Assembly: GCF_009914755.1 (NCBI RefSeq)
Contig: NC_060929.1
From: the human T2T-CHM13v2.0 reference genome, Homo sapiens
Direction: 5' to 3' (one strand)
Length of the DNA: 64,000 nt
Shown piece by piece: positions 57,556 to 64,000 of this stretch. How positions within the stretch are numbered: position 1 is the first letter of the stretch; every line of letters starts with the position of its first letter. The notes under the pieces are model-generated. The model was not told where the DNA came from. It saw nothing but the letters and a program-made list of their open reading frames with translations, and made no database searches. The position numbers and the translations under genes were made by a program.

Positions 57556-57559
57556 TCGA

Positions 57560-58250
57560 TTGTTTTAAACTTTAGATCTCACAAATAAGTGGGAACATGC
57601 AATCTTTGTCTTTCTGTGCCGGGCTTATTTCACTTAACATAATGATCTCCAGTTCCACCTATGTTGTTGCAAATGACTGAATCTCGTTTGTTATGGCTGA
57701 ATAATACTCCATTATGCATTATGGACACTTAATTTGCTTTCAAATATTAGCTATTGTAAAGAGTGCTGCCACAACATGGAAGTGTACATATCTCTTTGAT
57801 ATACCAATTTCCTTTCTTTAGGGCATAGATCTGGCAGTGGGATTGCTGGGCCATATGGTAGCTCAACTTTTAGTTTTTTGAGGAACCTCCAAACTGTTAT
57901 CTATAGTGGTTTTCCTAATTTAAATTCAGACCAACAGTGTACAAGGGTTCTCTTTTCTCCACATTCTCACCAGGATTTGTTATTGCTTGTCTTTTGGATA
58001 TAAGCCATTTTAACTGGGAAGAAATAATATCTTTTTGTAGTTTTGATTTGCATTTCTCTGATGATTAATGATGTTGGGTTCCTTTTCATATGCCTGTTTG
58101 CCATTTGTATGTCTTCTCCTGAGAAATGTCTATTCAGATATTTTGCCCATTGTTGATTGGATTATAGATTTTTTCCTTCTGAGTTGTTTGAGCTCCTTAT
58201 ATATTCTGGTTATTAATCCCTTGTCAGGGAGGTAGTTTGAAAATAACATA
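57560..58250 (-). mobile_element. L1MA1-3-like fragment
   Basis: ttagatctcacaaataagtg.gaacatgc...gttgttgcaaatgac...ttattaatcccttgtcag. Confidence 0.7.
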
Positions 58251-58412
58251 AAAAAGACAAGTTCATCTTTGTTATCACTACCATTGATCTTACATTGTTC
58301 AAATGCTAGAGTTACTGTATTTTCCAGTGCCACTTCTTCTTCCTTTACTGTTACCAACCTACAACACGTGATAGTTTTAGTATGCTAATCCTGTAGCATC
58401 TACCTAAATGTC

Positions 58413-58692
58413 AGCATGAAGGTACTTCTGTTCCATAATATTATACTGAGTGTCTATTTTCTAGGGCAGAAATAATGTCCTGAGTTTCCCTGCAAGCAGA
58501 GTATAAAACTTGGATAAACGTAGATTATTGTAAGGCAATACTACAAAGTGGAAGCATGAAGGTGCTTCTATTCTATAATCTTATACTGAGTGTCTATTTT
58601 CTAGGGCAGAAAGAATGTCCTGAGTTTCCCTGCAAGCAAAGCATAAAACTTGGATAAAGACAGATTATTGTAAGGCACTACTAGAAAGTGGG
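58413..58692 (+). repeat. Tandem duplication, 140-bp unit x2
   Basis: agcatgaaggt.cttct.ttc.ataat.ttatactgagtgtctattttctagggcagaaa at 58413 and 58553. Confidence 0.92.
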
Positions 58693-59138
58693 AGTGAAAG
58701 AAGGGGAAGAGAAAGGGTCAGGGAAGATGGAGGTCAATATAAGGGTGCATTATTAAGGCAGCAGGAACTGACTTAGCTGGGACCTTTAAGAACTATTATA
58801 TAAAAAAGTCTTTGTAGATGCCAAACCTGAATGAAACAAACAAACAAACAAACAAAAACCAAAAAACAGTATATTTATCCAGTAACACCATCATGACCCA
58901 TTGGTTTGAAGGTTGCCTCTACAGGTGATAGCAATCTCACATTTTCATGCTGTACATGAGTGTGGGCAAATGAGATTGTTTTACCAGCAAAGAGACCCTA
59001 TGGCAGAAGGTGGAAAAATGCACGGCACACATTTAAGATAGAATGCAGTCAATGCAGAATAAACCTTACTAGATGTGTCTATTAAAATTCTATATAGCCA
59101 GAGGAGATGTGATATTGGAACCAAGAATGTCTGCCACA
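58616..59138 (-). mobile_element. LTR33/LTR16-like ERVL LTR remnant
   Basis: tgtcctgagtttccctgcaagca...taagggtgcattatta...gaatgtctgccaca. Confidence 0.45.
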
Positions 59139-59164
59139 GGTAGCATAAATTATGTCTATCTATT

Positions 59165-59819
<655 letters not shown>

Positions 59820-60895
59820 TTACACACTACCTGGTATTTTTCCAATACATTTCTCTTTCATTTTATATAGTAAAATCAGTTTTTCTAGTTTGCATGCAAG
59901 AACTATCATTCTGAAAACATGTTTCTGGCAACCTTATTATTATTTTTTAATCTGAAGTTAGAGGTGCTACCCGTAGTAGCTCCTCTTAGAATTTCACTTA
60001 GAATTTGTGATTTTTCACTTAGAATTTGTGATTTATCACTGATGCTCAACATTTTCACCTTTTGGTTATTTTAAAATTAATTGCATCTAAAATATAATAA
60101 TCAAAGTTGATTGTACTTTTCAATTCCTTTAGGAATGATTTTATGTACTGTGTCATCAAATTTTGTTCCAATTCAATTTTTTCTTGCCTCTTTCAGAAAA
60201 ATCTATTTCTTGTGTTTTCTTTATGAATTCTTTAGCCATTTGTTTTCCTTGGTTTTATCTCTTTTTTCTTCCATGCATTCATAAACAGGTAATGGACTTG
60301 TCCTTTTGAAATCTCTGATTTATTATTATATTTCTTTCTGAGTTTACACTTTTCTTTACAACAGCAACCAAGATAGATATGTAGCTTCCATGCATTGTTT
60401 GGCTCCTTTCATTTGTTTCCATCATACTTCCTTCTAATCAGCCTATATGTTTTTGCCATGGCTTTTCAACATCTTTGTTCTTCACAGAGTTTATCTTTGA
60501 AGAAAAAAGATTCAATGAAACAAAACAGATACATTCTAAGGTACTTTTGTAACAACTATTTTTCATATATACGTATTTTCAATATTTTTACATCATGCTT
60601 TAATTTCCAACTGTTTTAGATCATTTTTCACAGAGCCTAGGTCTGGTGGTTTGCTTCTACCCGTTCATCCTTGAATACAAAGTAATTAAGTAAGAACCAA
60701 CATTCATCATTGGATACGTTAAATGCTCTCAATCTCTCAAGAGTTTTTGGGAATGAAACGTTCACAGATCAAGAACCCTAGTGCCATTGCTGTGCATCTG
60801 CTTCAATGACATTAAAGTTCCTATTGCCATTTATCAAATGAGCTTCTATGGAAGATTCTACTGAAAGTTTTCTCATTGGTGGTTGAGTTCACCCT

Positions 60896-61190
60896 GTGAA
60901 GTAAGTCAGGAATGGAAAACCAAACATTGTATGTTCTCACTAATATGTGGGAGCTAAGCTGTGAGGATGCAAAGGCAAAAAAATGATGCAATGGACTTTG
61001 GGGACTTGGGGGAAAGAATGGGAGGGAGGCGAGGGATAAAAGACTACAAATATGGTGCGGCATATACTGCCCGGGTAATGGGTGCACCAAAATCTCACAA
61101 ATCACCACTAAATAACGTACTTAGGCAACTAAATACCACCTGTACCCTAAAAGCTTATGGAAAAATAAAATAAAAAATTAAAATTAAAAC
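60896..61190 (+). mobile_element. L1PB1-like 3' end
   Basis: gggagctaagct.tgaggatgcaaaggc...gggataaaagactacaaat...tgcaccaaaatctcacaaatcaccactaaa; A-rich tail. Confidence 0.85.
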
Positions 61191-62081
61191 ATAGAATTTA
61201 CAGCTATTTACATATGAATCATACATAAAAATTGACTCTTATTTTAACAGGCATTGATCTTCCACCTTTTCACGTCTTTCAGAACTAAATGGCTTAGTTA
61301 TCTCATATAACTGTATCCAAAGAAGTTTCCTAACTTAACTCTTTCTAGCTATGTTCATGTTGCATACTAAAATCTGAAATTATTGAGTGAATATGAAAAA
61401 GAATTTTATTTACAATGATGACAAATAGGATTTTTATAGTATAGCATTTGTATAAGTTTGGCTTGTAAAAGTCTCTGAATTATGGAATACATGGCAAACA
61501 ATAGTAGGAATTAGTCTTTTGTTACATTTTAAAAAGCTACCAACATTGTTTTTTGAGTATGAAAAATTTGCTATGCAAGAAAGTCATTGTCATTTCATTT
61601 CCATTTCCTTTAAATTTGAGATGAGATTGATGCCAGTATGGTAGTCTTAAGCATCACCATGGCTGCCTAGTTGTAAACTAGGAAACAGTGAATCAAGAAA
61701 TTCTAGACTGTTTTTTAGATAGGTAGGAAAATTATGCTTATTAAGACTTAATCAACATTGAATCTTGAACTCTTGGTTTGTATTCTGTTTTACTGGAAAC
61801 TAATTTCTGACGATAAAATTTCTAATAAATATGATGAAATGTTGAATTTATAAATGCTTAAACCTGAGATTTACTCACTACTGACTCTTTACTTTTAATT
61901 CCAGTTATGACAAGCTATCCTTCTCTGGTCATGGTGGCAGTAGGACAGAATAGTATCTTCAGCATTCAACAGTTCTTTTAGTAAGTGTTATGTGCAAAGC
62001 CACAGCCTGACAGTTATGCAATAATGGTTTTATTTGAACTTTTTAAGACAAGATTTGATCAGTAATTAGAAAAACCAGTTT

Positions 62082-62525
62082 GACTATTCACAATAGCAAA
62101 GACATGGAATCAACCCAGATGCCCATCAGTGGTGCATTGGATAAAGAAAATGTAGTACATATACACCATGGAATACTATGCAGCCACAAAAGGAATGAAA
62201 TCATGTTCTTTGCAGCAATGTGGTTGCAGCTGGAGGCCATTATCCTAAATGAATTAACGCAGAAACAGAAAGACAAATATTGCATGTTCTCACTTATAAG
62301 TGGGAGCTAAATGTTAGGTACACAGGGATGTAAAGATGAGAACGTAGACACTGGGGACTCCAAAAGAAAGGAGGGAGAGAGTGGGGAAAGGGCTTAAAAA
62401 CGACCTATTCTGTACTATGTTCACTATTTGGGTGACAGGTTCAGTTGAAGCCCAAACCTCAGCATCATGCAATATATCTATTTAACAAACCTGCACATGT
62501 ACTCCCAGAATATAAAACCAAAAAG
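62082..62525 (+). mobile_element. L1PB4/L1PA16-like 3' end
   Basis: actattcacaatagcaaagacatggaatcaacc...gaagcccaaacctcagcatcatgcaatata...aacctgcacatgtac. Confidence 0.8.
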
Positions 62526-64000
62526 AGGAAATATCAGCTTAAACAAAGAATATGACATTTTTATAGTAAGAGCAGCCATTTCATCTGACAAATGGAAATT
62601 AATAAGTCACTTGATATATATTAGTTATCAGTATTAAAATAATTATGAATCACAACAAAGCCTACTCAATGCTGTAATTTCAGTTCTTCATACTTGTGAT
62701 TTTATAGACCCATTTGAAAAATAATAGCTTTTGAAACTAATATCAAGAATAAAATTATGCTAGACACATGAATGACTGTCTTTGAAAATGACTAGACAAC
62801 TGGAGAGTGCAGCAATCAACTACTGCTCAATTAATACTTCATAATTTCACTGTTCCAGTAGTATTCTGACTACTTACTATGTTTTCCTTTATGTTTGTAA
62901 TTTAATACATTGGTCTGTTCAAATTCCTGCCATGGACAGGAATTTTATACTTTATTTTCTTATAATATTTACTTGATATAAAGAATTTCAGTGACTTTTT
63001 GTTTTGTTTGTAGGCAAAAGCTCTTCCTAGGAGATCTAGCCAACTACCAATTATGAAATAAAGAAATGTAGTGATAAATTCATGATAATAAATTCATTTT
63101 CTACAGGATTACTGACTGAAATATCAAGATTTTTAAAATCAGATATCCATAAATGTTTTACTTGAGAATAAATTACATATTTTACTATTGCATTAACTTC
63201 TTTATTTGCCAAAAGTTTTGGGAATGATATTGATAAATCCCACAGGCAGTTTCTATTTAAAGATTGATCTGATTTTTTCTGAGAGTAAGATTGTGTAATA
63301 TCTATTTTAAACAGCCAGAACTGTTACAGACTATTTAAAGTAGAAAAAAGGTTTAATTTGGTGCAGTTATGGGCTTGTAATTGTTTAACAATAGTCTCTC
63401 CAGAAAAAAAGTGATTTGTAACATTTGACAATTTATCTGATGTAAATTCTCCTACTAAGGACAATTTTAAGCTACCAATGTAATGCCAATGAATTAAGAG
63501 ATAGGAAGGAATAAACGGAATCACTTTCAAGTGCCTTTAAGAGTTCATAATATTAACCAGCACACTATGAAACGTGATGAAGTTTTTTAACTTAGATTTT
63601 ACAATGGGGCAAATATACTACTATATTATCCAAGCTATACATTTTTAAAATGTATGGTATTTTGTATTCAGGGATCAAAAGTTATTTTGCAGCAAAAAAT
63701 AACCTTAAAAAAGGCATTCCTTATGTTACTTGCACAATATTAATCTTTATAATTTTACCATACTAGTCTACCCAAAGAATTATTCAAGATTCTCCTCCTA
63801 CTCATTATAATCATACTCCATTTCCTTACAACTAATCTGGTTTCATCATACTCTTGCAAATACCAACTGAGTCTTCTGCTTTTTTCTATTTCTTTCATCC
63901 TATATTGATGTACAATAATCCCATGCACTTTTTTCCCAACATTCCTAAGTATCTAAATACTAGTATATACCCATACAAGAGACTACAAAACAACAATAAC

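Overview
AT-rich, repeat-dense primate genomic DNA, intergenic or deep intronic. An L1PA2-like element lacking the ~129-bp ZNF93-binding 5'UTR segment, together with AluY copies, points to a great ape or human. I find no supportable host protein-coding exon, RNA gene or CRISPR-like array, and every long ORF is LINE-1 derived. The central structure is a full-length L1PA2-like element (36951-42917) nested in the same orientation inside the ORF2 3' end of an older L1PA3-like copy, with a perfect 16-bp TSD. It keeps an intact antisense ORF0, has three nonsense codons and a lost ORF2 stop but no frameshifts, and carries an extra ~60-bp 5'UTR deletion. Three L1s show twin-priming 5' inversions, with inverted pieces of 54 bp, ~0.39 kb and ~2.8 kb. 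One L1 has a clear short 3' transduction and another has a possible one. Other elements include Tigger2, MER8, MER58B, an MSTA provirus, THE1C, MLT1 and ERVL remnants, Alus, MIR/L2, a 335-bp pure purine tract, several local tandem duplications and a micro DUP-INV-DUP hairpin. The oddest signal is a set of non-consensus substitutions shared in a non-tree-like pattern among four young L1s; this could reflect gene conversion, a lineage-specific subfamily or an assembly-polishing artefact. I do not see evidence for a new biological system. Subfamily names come from recalled consensus features and need RepeatMasker/Dfam confirmation.
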